DNA of 64,000 bases from an uncultured Nitrospiraceae bacterium. Its GTDB lineage: Bacteria > Nitrospirota > Nitrospiria > Nitrospirales > Nitrospiraceae. The notes beneath the pieces were generated by a model. The model ran no database searches, was not told the DNA's origin, and was given only the letters and a program-made list of their open reading frames with translations. The DNA lies in the NCBI GenBank assembly GCA_963730935.1, contig CAVSTP010000004.1, positions 1,024,001 to 1,088,000 of the forward strand. Direction: 5' to 3'. Position 1 is the stretch's first letter; each line of letters starts with the position of its first letter. A program made the position numbers and the translations under genes. Positions 28,741-39,069 of this stretch are shown piece by piece.

Positions 28741-30128
28741 ACGCCACGATCTTCGTGACCGACGATGAGCCGGCCATTCGGTCCGCCCTCGTGAAACGCC
28801 TCTCCCGCCGACACCATCGAGTGGTCGCCTTCGAATCTGGTGAAGCTCTGTTGCAGGCATTGGACCATGAGGTGCCGGATTTAATGCTCCTCGATGTGAA
28901 AATGCCGGGGCTCTCGGGCCTCGAAGCCTTGAAGGCCTGCCGCGTCAAGGCGCCGTTCGCCCTCGTGATCATGCTTACGGCTTACGGAACAGTGCAGGAC
29001 GCCGTCGAGGCGATGAAGCTCGGCGCCTACGACTTCGTGATCAAGACCGTAGATCTCGACGGGATGGAGCAAGTGCTGGATCGAGCCCTGGAATTGCTGG
29101 CGCTCCGGCGACGAATGACGTTTCAGACCGAGCAGGAAATGGACGAGTATGGGATCGATCATCTGATCGCCGACAGTCCGGTGATGAAGAGCCTGTTGGC
29201 CCAGATCCGCGAAGTGGCCCTCAATCCAAAAAGCTCCGTCCTCATGCTGGGAGAAACCGGCACAGGCAAGGAATTCGTCGCCCGCGTGTTGCACCATAAC
29301 GGCAGCCGGGCGTCCAGTCCCTTCATCGGCGTGAATTGCACGGCCATCCCGCGCGATCTTTTCGAGAGTGAGCTCTTCGGCTACGAGCGGGGCGCCTTCA
29401 CCGGCGCGCACCAGCGGAAACTCGGCTTGCTCGACCGGGCCGAAGGCGGGACGTTGTTCCTGGACGAAATCGGCGATCTGGATTTGAGCATGCAAGCGAA
29501 GCTCTTACGGGTCATCCAGGAACGGACGTTCCGGCGCCTCGGCGGGACCACCGACATCGCCGCAGATTTCCGTTTGATTGCCGCGACGAACCGCGATCTC
29601 AAAAAGGACATCGCCTCGGGCGCCTTTCGGGAAGACCTCTTCTTCCGGTTGAACGTCGTCGCACTGGAGCTGCCGCCGCTGAGACAGCGAAGCGAGGACA
29701 TTTTCCCCCTGAGCATGCAGGCGTTGCTGCATTACGGGAAGGAGTTCGGCAAGGACCTGACCGAGATCGACGCCGAGGCCCGCGGGTTATTAGAGCGCTA
29801 TCACTTCCCCGGTAACATTCGCGAGTTGCAGAACATTATCGAGCGCGCGACGATTTTTTGCTCGGGACGGACGCTCACCGCCAGCTCGCTGCCGCGTGAG
29901 TTGCGGGATCAGGTCAAGCAAACGGCCATGTCCGTGACACATGGAGACGGTCAAGTGATCCGAGTCGAGATGCAGGTGGGCAAGCACACACTCGGCGAAA
30001 TCGAAGACAGTATCATCGAAGAGACCCTGCGGCTCGCCGATTACAATAAGAGCCTCGCAGCCAAGCAGCTCGGCTTGACCAGGTTTGCACTGGATCGCCG
30101 CTTAAAAAAGATCAAAAAGGACGACTAG
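28737..30128 (+). CDS. sigma54-dependent response regulator (NtrC family)
   Basis: REC domain, GETGTGKE, GAFTGA, LFLDEI, FPGNIREL, Fis HTH; ATGA overlap with the kinase. Confidence 0.95.
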   Translation: MNATIFVTDDEPAIRSALVKRLSRRHHRVVAFESGEALLQALDHEVPDLMLLDVKMPGLSGLEALKACRVKAPFALVIMLTAYGTVQDAVEAMKLGAYDFVIKTVDLDGMEQVLDRALELLALRRRMTFQTEQEMDEYGIDHLIADSPVMKSLLAQIREVALNPKSSVLMLGETGTGKEFVARVLHHNGSRASSPFIGVNCTAIPRDLFESELFGYERGAFTGAHQRKLGLLDRAEGGTLFLDEIGDLDLSMQAKLLRVIQERTFRRLGGTTDIAADFRLIAATNRDLKKDIASGAFREDLFFRLNVVALELPPLRQRSEDIFPLSMQALLHYGKEFGKDLTEIDAEARGLLERYHFPGNIRELQNIIERATIFCSGRTLTASSLPRELRDQVKQTAMSVTHGDGQVIRVEMQVGKHTLGEIEDSIIEETLRLADYNKSLAAKQLGLTRFALDRRLKKIKKDD

Positions 30129-30137
30129 CCTGGCGCC

Positions 30138-30432
30138 GGTTGTTCAAAACGTCAGCAATTACACCCACCCACCCCGACGCGCCGAGACACGTCGGTCCGC
30201 GACCGGCCGCAGCAAGTGAAAAGGCGAGGCAGAACCTCTCACCCCACCAGCCCCGAGTTGCCAGAGCAGCTCTTTCCCGACGCCGGTATGTTGAGCCTTT
30301 GAGCGCGCGCGAAAACAACGCTCGGTGAAGGGCGCTTCCAGGGAAATCGATTGCAAAGCAATCGGTGGGTCGGGCGGGTAAAAAAACTCCCGCCGGGGTG
30401 GGTGGGTGAGAAAAAAGGCGTTTTCAACAGCC
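30138..30432. repeat. Non-autonomous hairpin repeat element, copy 1 (shell plus nested modules)
   Basis: Ends GGTTGTTCAAAACGTC / GGCGTTTTCAACAGCC; internal CACCCACCCACCCC arms and GATTGC-AAA-GCAATC hairpin shared with other copies. Confidence 0.85.
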
Positions 30433-30434
30433 TG

Positions 30435-30752
30435 CTACGGGTTGGGGGCGACGAAGACCAACACTTTCAGCCGCTGTCCGCTGTCGTTCTTGACGCCGTG
30501 CTCTTCGCCGGCCGGAGCCATTGTCCCCTGTCCGGGTCCCAGGATCTGCTTCTCCGCCCCCACTTGAAATGTGCCCTGCCCCTCAAGGACCAGATAGACT
30601 TTGTCCTGTTCGCCGTGGATATGTCCCTTCTGTTCCTGACCGGGCTCAAAGCAATAGACATCGCAGAAAAAACGAGGAGTTTGAAAGATATTGTTTTTCT
30701 TCATTTTCTCTACGCTAAACGTTTGATAATCTGCCAACTTTACCACCTTCAT
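30435..30752 (-). CDS. Cupin-domain protein
   Basis: PGQEQKGHIH..QDK.YLVLEG and P.GEEHGVKN cupin motifs. Confidence 0.88.
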   Translation of the reverse strand: MKVVKLADYQTFSVEKMKKNNIFQTPRFFCDVYCFEPGQEQKGHIHGEQDKVYLVLEGQGTFQVGAEKQILGPGQGTMAPAGEEHGVKNDSGQRLKVLVFVAPNP

Positions 30753-30863
30753 GTCTGCTCCATTTCTCCTGTCGTGTCGTCAAGTATGATGTCCTATTCC
30801 CCTTGCCTTTGACCAGTCGGACGGTTTTCAGCTACCCTCAGATCCGGCCGTAGCTGAGGCATC

Positions 30864-32558
30864 ATGAATCGAGCCGAGCGACGCCGTCAAGCAGCCGAAC
30901 GAGGAATACCACACCAGCGCGGGACGGCGACGGTCGAAGCCTGGCTCGAGCAGGGACGCCTTCATCAACAGGCCAATCGCCTGACAGAGGCAGAAGCAGC
31001 CTACCGGCAGGCGCTCGAGCTCTCCCCCCAGCATGCAGAAACCCTGCATCTCCTCGGCCTGGTGACGTACCGCCAGCAACGCCTCCCCGAGGCCTTGGAA
31101 TATCTTCACGCTGCCGTCGACCGTCAGGCTTCCTCCCCCGTCTACTGGTTCAATCTCGGCGTCGTCTCGCAGAAAGCCGGCCGCTCGCCGGGAGCAGTGA
31201 CCGCCTATCGAAAAGCCATCGCGCTAAATCCGCGCTACTCCGAAGCCTACGGAAATCTCGGGAACGTGCTCCGCGATAGGGGTGACTTGTCAGAAGCCGT
31301 GGATGCCTATCGGCAGGCCTTGGCGCTCAATCCGGCCCAGGCGGACACACACAATAATCTCGGCGTCGCCAGAAAGGAGCAGGGTCATCCGCAAGACGCC
31401 ATCGCTTGCTACCGGAAAGCTCTCGAACTGAAGCCCACGCACGCGGAAGCCTATAACAATCTCGGTCTCGCGCTGATGGAGATCGGCACGCTGCATGACG
31501 CCATCGCCGCCTTCCAGCAGGCGCTGTCCCTCGCGCCGGGCTACCAGACGGCCCGATACAACCTGGGCATGGCCTGGTCGTGGGCCGGGGATGACGCCAA
31601 GGCCTGTCAGTGCCTTAACCAGGTCGCACGTGCCAGACACGATCACGGAATGCCCGTCGCCGAACCCGCCGTCTACCGGTCGCGCGTGAAGCATGATGCC
31701 GAACAAGTCCAATTGTTGTTCGACCGGCAGAAATTGGACGAGACACAGCGGCCCTACCTGGATGCGCTCCGACGTCTGCATGAGCGTCTGGACCACGACG
31801 CGTCTCCGGGAAACCGCCGTCCGATTGATCCGCAAACGCTCACCGACATGGCGCCCTCCTTCAACCGCATCCTCTTGCTCGAGCCTCCCGCAAGGCTCGA
31901 GCAAGGCGCCATCAATCCGTCGCTCGATGCCGAAGCCGTCGAGCGCCAGTACCACGCCAAACGTCCCGAGGTGACCTATATTGACGGTCTGTTAAACGAC
32001 GCGGCGCTCGAGGCGCTACGCCGCTTTTGCCGAGAAGCGACGATCTGGAAGAAGGACTACGAGAACGGGTACTGCGGCGCGTTTTTAGGAGACGGATTCG
32101 CTTCTCCGTTGCTGTTTCAGATCGCCGACGAGCTCCGAGCGAGATTCCCTCGCATCTTCAAGCACCATCGTCTCACCCAGGCTTGGGCGTTCAAGCATGA
32201 CAGTGCCCGGCGCGGATTGAACATCCACGCGGATGCAGCGGCCGTCAACGTCAACTTTTGGATCACGGAGGACGAGGCCAACCTGAATCAGGCGACCGGG
32301 GGGCTGGTGGTGTACGACAAGGAGGCGCCGCGGAGTTGGAATTTCAAGGAGTACAACAGCGACCGGAACAAACCAAAAATTTTGAACTGGCTGAAGGAGG
32401 CTGGAGCCCAGGCCATCACAATCCCCTACCGAGCCAATCGAGCAGTCGTCTTCAATTCAGATCTGTTTCATGAAACCGATGACGTTAGATTTAGGGACGA
32501 CTACCTCAGTCGCCGCATCAACATCACGCTGCTCTACGGCTATCGCGCCCAATCCTGA
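30864..32558 (+). CDS. TPR protein with C-terminal 2OG-Fe(II) oxygenase-like domain
   Basis: About 7 TPRs (A..NLG..L, A..YR.AL.L.P); HAD..., FHET and distal R of a DSBH oxygenase. Confidence 0.8.
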   Translation: MNRAERRRQAAERGIPHQRGTATVEAWLEQGRLHQQANRLTEAEAAYRQALELSPQHAETLHLLGLVTYRQQRLPEALEYLHAAVDRQASSPVYWFNLGVVSQKAGRSPGAVTAYRKAIALNPRYSEAYGNLGNVLRDRGDLSEAVDAYRQALALNPAQADTHNNLGVARKEQGHPQDAIACYRKALELKPTHAEAYNNLGLALMEIGTLHDAIAAFQQALSLAPGYQTARYNLGMAWSWAGDDAKACQCLNQVARARHDHGMPVAEPAVYRSRVKHDAEQVQLLFDRQKLDETQRPYLDALRRLHERLDHDASPGNRRPIDPQTLTDMAPSFNRILLLEPPARLEQGAINPSLDAEAVERQYHAKRPEVTYIDGLLNDAALEALRRFCREATIWKKDYENGYCGAFLGDGFASPLLFQIADELRARFPRIFKHHRLTQAWAFKHDSARRGLNIHADAAAVNVNFWITEDEANLNQATGGLVVYDKEAPRSWNFKEYNSDRNKPKILNWLKEAGAQAITIPYRANRAVVFNSDLFHETDDVRFRDDYLSRRINITLLYGYRAQS

Positions 32559-32565
32559 TAGTCGA

Positions 32566-34686
32566 TCAGCCGGCTTTCGGCAAGACCCTCCGCAGCAGCA
32601 GCCTCTCAAATTCCGCCGCCGGCATTGGACGACCGAAGAGATAGCCCTGCGCCTGATCGCAGCCTTCGGCCATCAGGATCGAGCGCTGCCTCTCGTCCTC
32701 GACGCCTTCCGCCAGCACCTCCAGCTGCAGGCTGTGGGCCATGGCAATGATGGCGCGGACGATCGGCACCGGTTGCACGAGACTCAACAGTTCCCGCACG
32801 AACGATTGGTCGATTTTGACCCGGTTGACGGGCAGCCGCTGAAGATAGCTCAATGAGGAATATCCTGTCCCGAAGTCGTCGATCGCCAGCTGCACGCCCA
32901 TGGTCCTCAGTTGTTGAAGCACCGTAATTGACGTGTCGACATTGCGCATGGCGATGGACTCCGTCAGCTCCAGTTCGAGGCGATCGGGTGCAAGACCCGT
33001 CTCGGCGAACGTGTCTTCGACCGCCTTCAACAACGTGCTGCCGTGAAACAACGAATTCGAGACGTTGATGGACACCCGGGGAACGGCAAGCCCCCGTTGC
33101 TGCCACGTCCGGTTCTGACGGCAGGCCGTTCGCAGCATCCATTCGTCGATCGTGCGGATCATTCCCGTATCTGAAGCGGCCTGGAGGAACTCGGGCGGAG
33201 CCAACAGCCCCCGTTGCGGGTGCTGCCATCGCACCAACGCTTCCGCTCCGATGATCCGTCCGCTGCGGAGATCGATCTGCGGCTGGTAATACACGACGAA
33301 TTCCTCGCGCTCCGTCGCGTGGCGCACTTCACCCTCGAGCCGCAACCGCTCATTGGCCGCCAGGTTCATGGCAGTCGAATAATATTGGATGTTGTTCCTC
33401 CCCTGTTCCTTCGCGTGATACATTGCCGTGTCAGAATTCTTGAGCAGCACGTCCACGGATTCGCCGTCGGCGGGAAAAATGGCGATGCCGACACTGACCG
33501 TGACAAAAATTTCGTGTCCGCTCACGGAAAATGGCCGTGCGAGCGCTTCGAGAATGCGTCTGGCGACTTTGCTTGCATCCTGCACGTCTCGCAGATTGGT
33601 CAACAACACCGTAAACTCGTCGCCCCCGAGGCGGGCCAGCTCATGAGTCTGGACGCCGTCCGCCGTCCTGCCGATCGAATCACTGTGCCGGACCGATTCC
33701 GCCAGCCGGTCCGCCACATGCTTCAGCAGCAAATCGCCGATGTTGTGTCCCAACGTATCATTGATGACCTTGAAGCGGTCCAGGTCGAGAAACAACAGCG
33801 CCAGGTGATATTGATACCGGTGAGCATGCGCGATCGCCTGCGTCACGCGATCTTTGAACAAGACCCGGTTGGGAAGACCGGTCAGACTGTCGTAATAGGC
33901 CAGCCGGTGGATTTCCCGCTCGGAGCGCTTCCGCTCACTGATATCCTGAGCAGTGCCCACAATGGTCAGCGACTTCAACTGGTCGTCGAAGACGGCCTCC
34001 GCCTGCAAGTTCACAATGAAATCGCTCCCATTCGGCAGCATGATCCGGTGATCGATGTCGCAGGGAGTTCGGTTGGTGAGAATGCGCTTCAACGCCTGGT
34101 CTACGCGCTCTCGATCTCCCGCGTCGACCGCTTGCAGAAATGCATCGAGGGTGCCGCCGAAATCTTGCGGCCGTAACCCCATCAGCCGGCACAGCTCGGC
34201 TGACGCGGAGAATTGCCCCGTCTGAGGCTGCCATTCCCAATTACCGATTTTGGCGATCCGCTGCGCCAGACCAAGCCGGGACTCGCTGCGCAGCAGCGCA
34301 TCCAAGGTCCGGCTCCCGCGCAGCATATACCGCACGCGGTGACTCAGAATGGTGTGATTCAGCGGCTTCGTAATAAAATCCGTCGCGCCATGCTCATAGG
34401 CACCCGCGATTGCCTCTGCGTCGTCCGTGCCGGTCATCATCAGGATGGGCACGCGGCTGCCTCCGACCGACCCGCGCAACCTGGAACAGGCGGTATACCC
34501 ATCCATGACCGGCATCATGACGTCCAACACGATGATGTCGGGGCGGCGTAGAACAAATTGTTCGAGCGCCTGCTGTCCGTTCGAGGCTTCACACACTTGG
34601 AGTCCGACCTGCTCAAGCGCCGAACGTATAAATGTTCTGACCAATTCGTCGTCGTCTGCGACGAGCACCGTTGCCGTTTTTTCCAT
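32566..34686 (-). CDS. REC-PAS-GGDEF-EAL c-di-GMP cyclase/phosphodiesterase
   Basis: REC (VADDD, LDVMMP), intact GGDEF, EAL and DDFGTGYSS; start set to ATG 34686. Confidence 0.94.
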   Translation of the reverse strand: MEKTATVLVADDDELVRTFIRSALEQVGLQVCEASNGQQALEQFVLRRPDIIVLDVMMPVMDGYTACSRLRGSVGGSRVPILMMTGTDDAEAIAGAYEHGATDFITKPLNHTILSHRVRYMLRGSRTLDALLRSESRLGLAQRIAKIGNWEWQPQTGQFSASAELCRLMGLRPQDFGGTLDAFLQAVDAGDRERVDQALKRILTNRTPCDIDHRIMLPNGSDFIVNLQAEAVFDDQLKSLTIVGTAQDISERKRSEREIHRLAYYDSLTGLPNRVLFKDRVTQAIAHAHRYQYHLALLFLDLDRFKVINDTLGHNIGDLLLKHVADRLAESVRHSDSIGRTADGVQTHELARLGGDEFTVLLTNLRDVQDASKVARRILEALARPFSVSGHEIFVTVSVGIAIFPADGESVDVLLKNSDTAMYHAKEQGRNNIQYYSTAMNLAANERLRLEGEVRHATEREEFVVYYQPQIDLRSGRIIGAEALVRWQHPQRGLLAPPEFLQAASDTGMIRTIDEWMLRTACRQNRTWQQRGLAVPRVSINVSNSLFHGSTLLKAVEDTFAETGLAPDRLELELTESIAMRNVDTSITVLQQLRTMGVQLAIDDFGTGYSSLSYLQRLPVNRVKIDQSFVRELLSLVQPVPIVRAIIAMAHSLQLEVLAEGVEDERQRSILMAEGCDQAQGYLFGRPMPAAEFERLLLRRVLPKAG

Positions 34687-35024
34687 TTTCTCCACGGAAG
34701 TTATGTCCTCGTCCCTCGCGCCATTGCCCCACCCACGGTGGGGAACGAGCGTGGGTGTTCCACGCAGTCTGTCTTGCGCTCCGCCGATGTCGGCGCAGAC
34801 GCTGACTGCCCTCAAGAAAGACCTGTAAGCGTTTGTCTGCTCGCGAATCCTCCGCGGTCAGGGTAGCAAACCGGTTCCGAATCTCCAGTTATTTCCGCTT
34901 TTCACACTATCAGTTCTAGTGCAATTGCTAGGTGCATCCAGTGGGCACATTGCCCATTCTCATTTGACCGATAAACCAAATATAATCAGGCAATTCCATC
35001 GGTGGAACAGTCGTTCACAAGGCT

Positions 35025-36518
35025 ATGCGCCCGTCCGGCGAATCCACAACACGGTCTCAGGGATGGTTGATCGCGGCGATCGCCGGCATCACCATCGCCG
35101 TCTTTGTCCTCGACAGTTTTTTTCCTCTCGGTTTCGTGATTCCCGCCCTGTATGTCATTCCGATCATCCTGACCACCAGGGTCCGACGCCCAATGGCGCC
35201 GTTTCTCATAGCCGCTTGCGCGACCGGGCTGACACTCGCGGGCATCTGGACAAATTGGACATCCCCGGTTGTCCCGCTTCAACTCGGTCTTTTCAACCGC
35301 TCCCTGGTGATCCTCGCCGGCTGGATTGCGGCCACCATTATCTGGCATACCACGCAAAAACACGCCCGGCAGGAATTGGAAACCCTCGTCGCCGCTCGGA
35401 CGGCGGCGCTCTGGCAAAGTGAGAGCACACTCCAGAGTTTTTTCAATTCCACGGACTTGATGATGGGCGTGCTCGAGATCGTCGAAACCCGCCCTCTGAT
35501 GGTGATCACGAACCGCGCGGCCGCGGGCGCGGTCTCCGAGAGAGACGCTGAGGCGCTCCCGCCGGCGTTACGACTGGCGCCGGGCGCACCGGAGTTCTGG
35601 ATGCCGCATCTGGAAGCCGCCCGTCGGACGGGAAAAACCGTGCATGTGAAATACGAGATTCCGTCAACGCGGGATGCGTTGTCTGAGCGGATTATGACAT
35701 CCGCGATCTCGTTTATCGGATACAGCCCGCGCGGCAACAGGCTGTATGCCTGGATCGGAGAAGACATCACCGAAAAAATGCACCTCGAGCAGACCATGGA
35801 GGCCAGTCGGCGGTCATTGGAAGTGAGTCAGGCCCAACTGCGTCAACTGACCGCTCAATTGCTTTCGGCACAAGACGACGAGCGGCGCCGCATCGCCCGG
35901 GAATTACACGATGAGTTGAACCAGCGCGTCATCAGTCTGGCGTTCAATATCGACGATCAGATGCAGCAGGTCCACGACCTCTCGCCGGCCGCCCGCGCGA
36001 CTCTTCAGCTCATCAAAAGCGAAGTGGCTGAGCTCTCCGACCATTTGCGCGACCTGGCTCATCGGCTCCATCCGTCCGTTCTCGACGATCTCGGCATTAC
36101 CAGCGCGCTGCGCGTATGCGCTCACGATTTCGAACAACGTGAACAGATCCCCGTTCGCCTGACACTCGAAGAATCGGAAAGACCGGTGAGCCGTCATCTG
36201 GCAGAATGCCTCTTCCGAGTGACGCAGGAAGCGCTGCGAAACGTTGCCAAACATGCCGGCGCCAAGCACGTCTTTCTGGAACTTACCTACCATGAAGATC
36301 ACGTGCTACTTCAGATCGAAGATGATGGGCGGGGCTTTACGCCGGAAGACCGGCAGACTGTTCAACGGGGCTTGGGCCTGGTCAGCATGGGTGAGCGGGT
36401 GCGTCTGCTGGAAGGTACGCTGATGCTCACGAGCGATCCCGGCAGGGGCACGCGGATATCAATATCAATTCCATTCACAGGAATATCGAATGAGCAAACC
36501 TCGCATCTTACTCGCTGA
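35025..36518 (+). CDS. Membrane sensor histidine kinase (HisKA_3, NarX/UhpB-like)
   Basis: N-terminal TMs, ERRRIARELHD, QEALRNV.KHA, DDGRGF, GLGL. Confidence 0.92.
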   Translation: MRPSGESTTRSQGWLIAAIAGITIAVFVLDSFFPLGFVIPALYVIPIILTTRVRRPMAPFLIAACATGLTLAGIWTNWTSPVVPLQLGLFNRSLVILAGWIAATIIWHTTQKHARQELETLVAARTAALWQSESTLQSFFNSTDLMMGVLEIVETRPLMVITNRAAAGAVSERDAEALPPALRLAPGAPEFWMPHLEAARRTGKTVHVKYEIPSTRDALSERIMTSAISFIGYSPRGNRLYAWIGEDITEKMHLEQTMEASRRSLEVSQAQLRQLTAQLLSAQDDERRRIARELHDELNQRVISLAFNIDDQMQQVHDLSPAARATLQLIKSEVAELSDHLRDLAHRLHPSVLDDLGITSALRVCAHDFEQREQIPVRLTLEESERPVSRHLAECLFRVTQEALRNVAKHAGAKHVFLELTYHEDHVLLQIEDDGRGFTPEDRQTVQRGLGLVSMGERVRLLEGTLMLTSDPGRGTRISISIPFTGISNEQTSHLTR

Positions 36519-37131
36519 TGACCACATGTTGATCCTCGATGGCCTGCGTCATCTTTTGGAACGCCATTACGACCTGGTCGGAACCGTTCAGGACGGCCAC
36601 TCGGTCCTCAACACCGCGCGGCGGTTGCAGCCCGACCTGGTCCTCATGGACGTCGCCATGCCAGTCCTCAATGGGCTCCAGGCCGGCCAGCGACTACGCG
36701 AACAGCTGCCAAACGTCAAGCTGCTCTATGTTTCAATGTACGCCGATACGCCCTACGTCGAAGAGGCCCTGCGGATCGGCGCATCCGGCTATGTACTGAA
36801 ACGCTCGGGGTGGGAAGAACTGTCTCGCGCCATCGAAGCCGTTCTGGCGGGCAAGCAATATGTGTCTCCGGAACTGTCGGCGACGCTCCAACAACCAGCC
36901 ATCCAACCGACCCCGCCGCCGGATGGCTCGATGCGCTCGTTGACGGAACGGCAGCGACAAATTCTTCGATTGGTGGCGGCAGGCTATACCGCCAAGGAAA
37001 TCGGCCGGATGTTGCATATCACGTCCAAGACCGTGGAATTCCACAAGGGGCGGATGATGCGGCAGCTGCAGCTTCAATCAACTGTCGAGCTGGCGCGATA
37101 CGCCCTCACCCATGGTCTGAGCCATCCCTAA
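36490..37131 (+). CDS. NarL/LuxR-family response regulator
   Basis: LADDH, MDVAMP, LTERQRQIL, KTVEFHK. Confidence 0.94.
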   Translation: MSKPRILLADDHMLILDGLRHLLERHYDLVGTVQDGHSVLNTARRLQPDLVLMDVAMPVLNGLQAGQRLREQLPNVKLLYVSMYADTPYVEEALRIGASGYVLKRSGWEELSRAIEAVLAGKQYVSPELSATLQQPAIQPTPPPDGSMRSLTERQRQILRLVAAGYTAKEIGRMLHITSKTVEFHKGRMMRQLQLQSTVELARYALTHGLSHP

Positions 37132-37484
37132 GCCTGTTGGACGGGGTCTTCCGTGGAAACTTTTTGGTAGGGTTGCAGTTCAAGCTGAGTGACCGTGTGT
37201 TGCAGACGCGCCCATTCCTCCGGTTCCAACGTCACAAATTCTACTCCGAACTGTTGAGCACGACTCCAGCGGACAACGGCTTCCTGAATCTTCAGCGGAG
37301 GCTCGTCCTCTGAGGGATGGATGCGAAGTTCCAAGGCTGTTCCGGGTTTGACTTCCGTCTGACTCTCCACGCGGCAACCCCGAAGCGACAAATCCGTAAT
37401 ATTGCCGTCTCCTCCGACGACGTTCAGCGAGGTAAAGGAACTACGGAACCGGACCGGGAACCGTGGATTCTTCCGTTGCTCCAT
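37128..37484 (-). CDS. Stand-alone PilZ-domain protein
   Basis: RKNPR (RxxxR) and DLSLRG (DxSxxG); ATG 37484 with SD GAGG. Confidence 0.9.
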   Translation of the reverse strand: MEQRKNPRFPVRFRSSFTSLNVVGGDGNITDLSLRGCRVESQTEVKPGTALELRIHPSEDEPPLKIQEAVVRWSRAQQFGVEFVTLEPEEWARLQHTVTQLELQPYQKVSTEDPVQQA

Positions 37485-37563
37485 GCCAGCCACCTCAGTT
37501 GATGAATGATGGTCGTATTGTGCCAAGCCCAGCCCAATTCGCCACTGTTTTTGCAAAATCCAC

Positions 37564-39015
37564 CTACCCTTTGATATTTCCGATCGGGCGCAGTTCCGCG
37601 ACCTTCTTCGTGATGCCAGCGCCTTCCACGGTCTCCACAACGTCGGAGATGTTCTTGTACGCAAATCCCGCTTCCTCGGCCAGCCCCGACATGGACACCG
37701 CCTTGACCAGGATGCCGCGTTGTTTCATCTGTTGTTGCAGCTGCTCGCCGCGCACCTGTTTCTTCGCCTGGGCCCGCGACATGGTCCGCCCCGAGCCATG
37801 CATTGTCGAGCCGAACGTCTCATCCACGGCGCGATCCGTTCCGACCAACAGATACGATCCTGTCTCCATTGAACCGCCGCAGATGACCGGCTGGCCGGTC
37901 TGCCGAAACTCCGGTGTCAGCTCTATGCTGCCGGGGCCGAACGCTCGCGTGGCTCCTTTGCGATGAATGAGTAATTCGCCTTCAGAGTATCGCTCGACTT
38001 TCGCAATGTTATGGGCGACGTCATAGACGAGTTCCATGCCCAACTCCTCCGCCGACGGACCGAACACGGTAGTAAAAGCTTCCCGCACATGATGGGTGAT
38101 CACCTGCCGGTTGGCAAAGGCCATATTCGCCGCGCAATTCATCGCAGCGAAATAGTCCTGGCCCTCCTGCGACCGGAACGGTGCACAGGCTAGCTGCTGA
38201 TCTTTTACCGAAATCCCATAGCGCCGCATCGCCTTTGCGAACACGGTCAGGTAATCGCTTGCCACTTGATGCCCAAACCCGCGGGACCCGCAATGGACCA
38301 TGACGACGATCTGATCCTGGCCCGTGATCCCCAGCGTGGCCGCCGTTGCCGGATCGAAGATCTTGTCATTCGACGCGACCTGCACTTCAAGGTAGTGGTT
38401 GCCCGATCCCAACGTACCGAGCTGACTGATCCCGCGGCTGATCGCCTGGTTGGACACGGTCGAGGGGTCGGCCTCTCTGATGCAGCCGCCTTCTTCGATG
38501 CGATCTAGATCCCCGTGCCAGCCGTATCCCTGTTCCACGCACCAGCGCGCGCCTTGCACCATGACGGCGTTGAGATCGCCGCGTGAGAGTTTGACGGATC
38601 CGCCCGCACCGACGCCCGCCGGTACACGGCGGAAGAGCTCATCCATCAAGCGTTCCAAGCGAGGCGCCACGTCCGCCAACGTGAGATCCGTGCGGATCAG
38701 CCGCATGCCACAATTGACATCGTACCCGACCCCTCCCGGGGAGATGACTCCTTCACGCAGATCGAACGCTGCCACACCGCCGATGGGAAATCCGTACCCC
38801 CAATGGCCATCCGGCATGCAGAGGGCATAGCGTTGAATGCCTGGCAGGCAGGCGACGTTGGTCACCTGGTCAAAGACGCCCTGATCCATCGACTGCAGAA
38901 TGCCCGGCGTCCCATAAATACGTGCGGGCACGAGCATTCCGGGTTTTTCCGACGTGGGAATTTCCCAGACTTCGTCGGTGATCCGGTTCACCTTCATGCC
39001 TGTATTCAACTGCAT
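37564..39015 (-). CDS. rtcB: RNA ligase RtcB (long archaeal/eukaryotic-like type)
   Basis: MPDGH.GYGFPIGGV, GYDVNCG, GSGNHYLE, HCGSRG.GH, HRKGATR, HGSGR; start set to ATG 39015. Confidence 0.96.
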   Translation of the reverse strand: MQLNTGMKVNRITDEVWEIPTSEKPGMLVPARIYGTPGILQSMDQGVFDQVTNVACLPGIQRYALCMPDGHWGYGFPIGGVAAFDLREGVISPGGVGYDVNCGMRLIRTDLTLADVAPRLERLMDELFRRVPAGVGAGGSVKLSRGDLNAVMVQGARWCVEQGYGWHGDLDRIEEGGCIREADPSTVSNQAISRGISQLGTLGSGNHYLEVQVASNDKIFDPATAATLGITGQDQIVVMVHCGSRGFGHQVASDYLTVFAKAMRRYGISVKDQQLACAPFRSQEGQDYFAAMNCAANMAFANRQVITHHVREAFTTVFGPSAEELGMELVYDVAHNIAKVERYSEGELLIHRKGATRAFGPGSIELTPEFRQTGQPVICGGSMETGSYLLVGTDRAVDETFGSTMHGSGRTMSRAQAKKQVRGEQLQQQMKQRGILVKAVSMSGLAEEAGFAYKNISDVVETVEGAGITKKVAELRPIGNIKG

Positions 39016-39069
39016 TCGCCCACCCTTACCCACTGATTGCTTCGCAATCGATTTCCCGAGACGCGCCCG
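39016..39069. repeat. Repeat module C, solo copy filling the archease-rtcB spacer
   Basis: CCCACTGATTGCTTCGCAATCGATTTCCCGAGACGCGCCC matches the reverse complement of about 30330-30370 and about 49520-49560. Confidence 0.75.

Noticed and set aside
30112..30427. Short ORFs inside repeat copy 1 (and similarly 52933-53178, 51409-51627, 49412-49784)
   Set aside because: They are translations of the repeat sequence with no independent coding evidence.
34864..34880. sigma54 promoter upstream of the GGDEF-EAL gene
   Set aside because: GG-to-GC spacing is 9 nt rather than the required 10.
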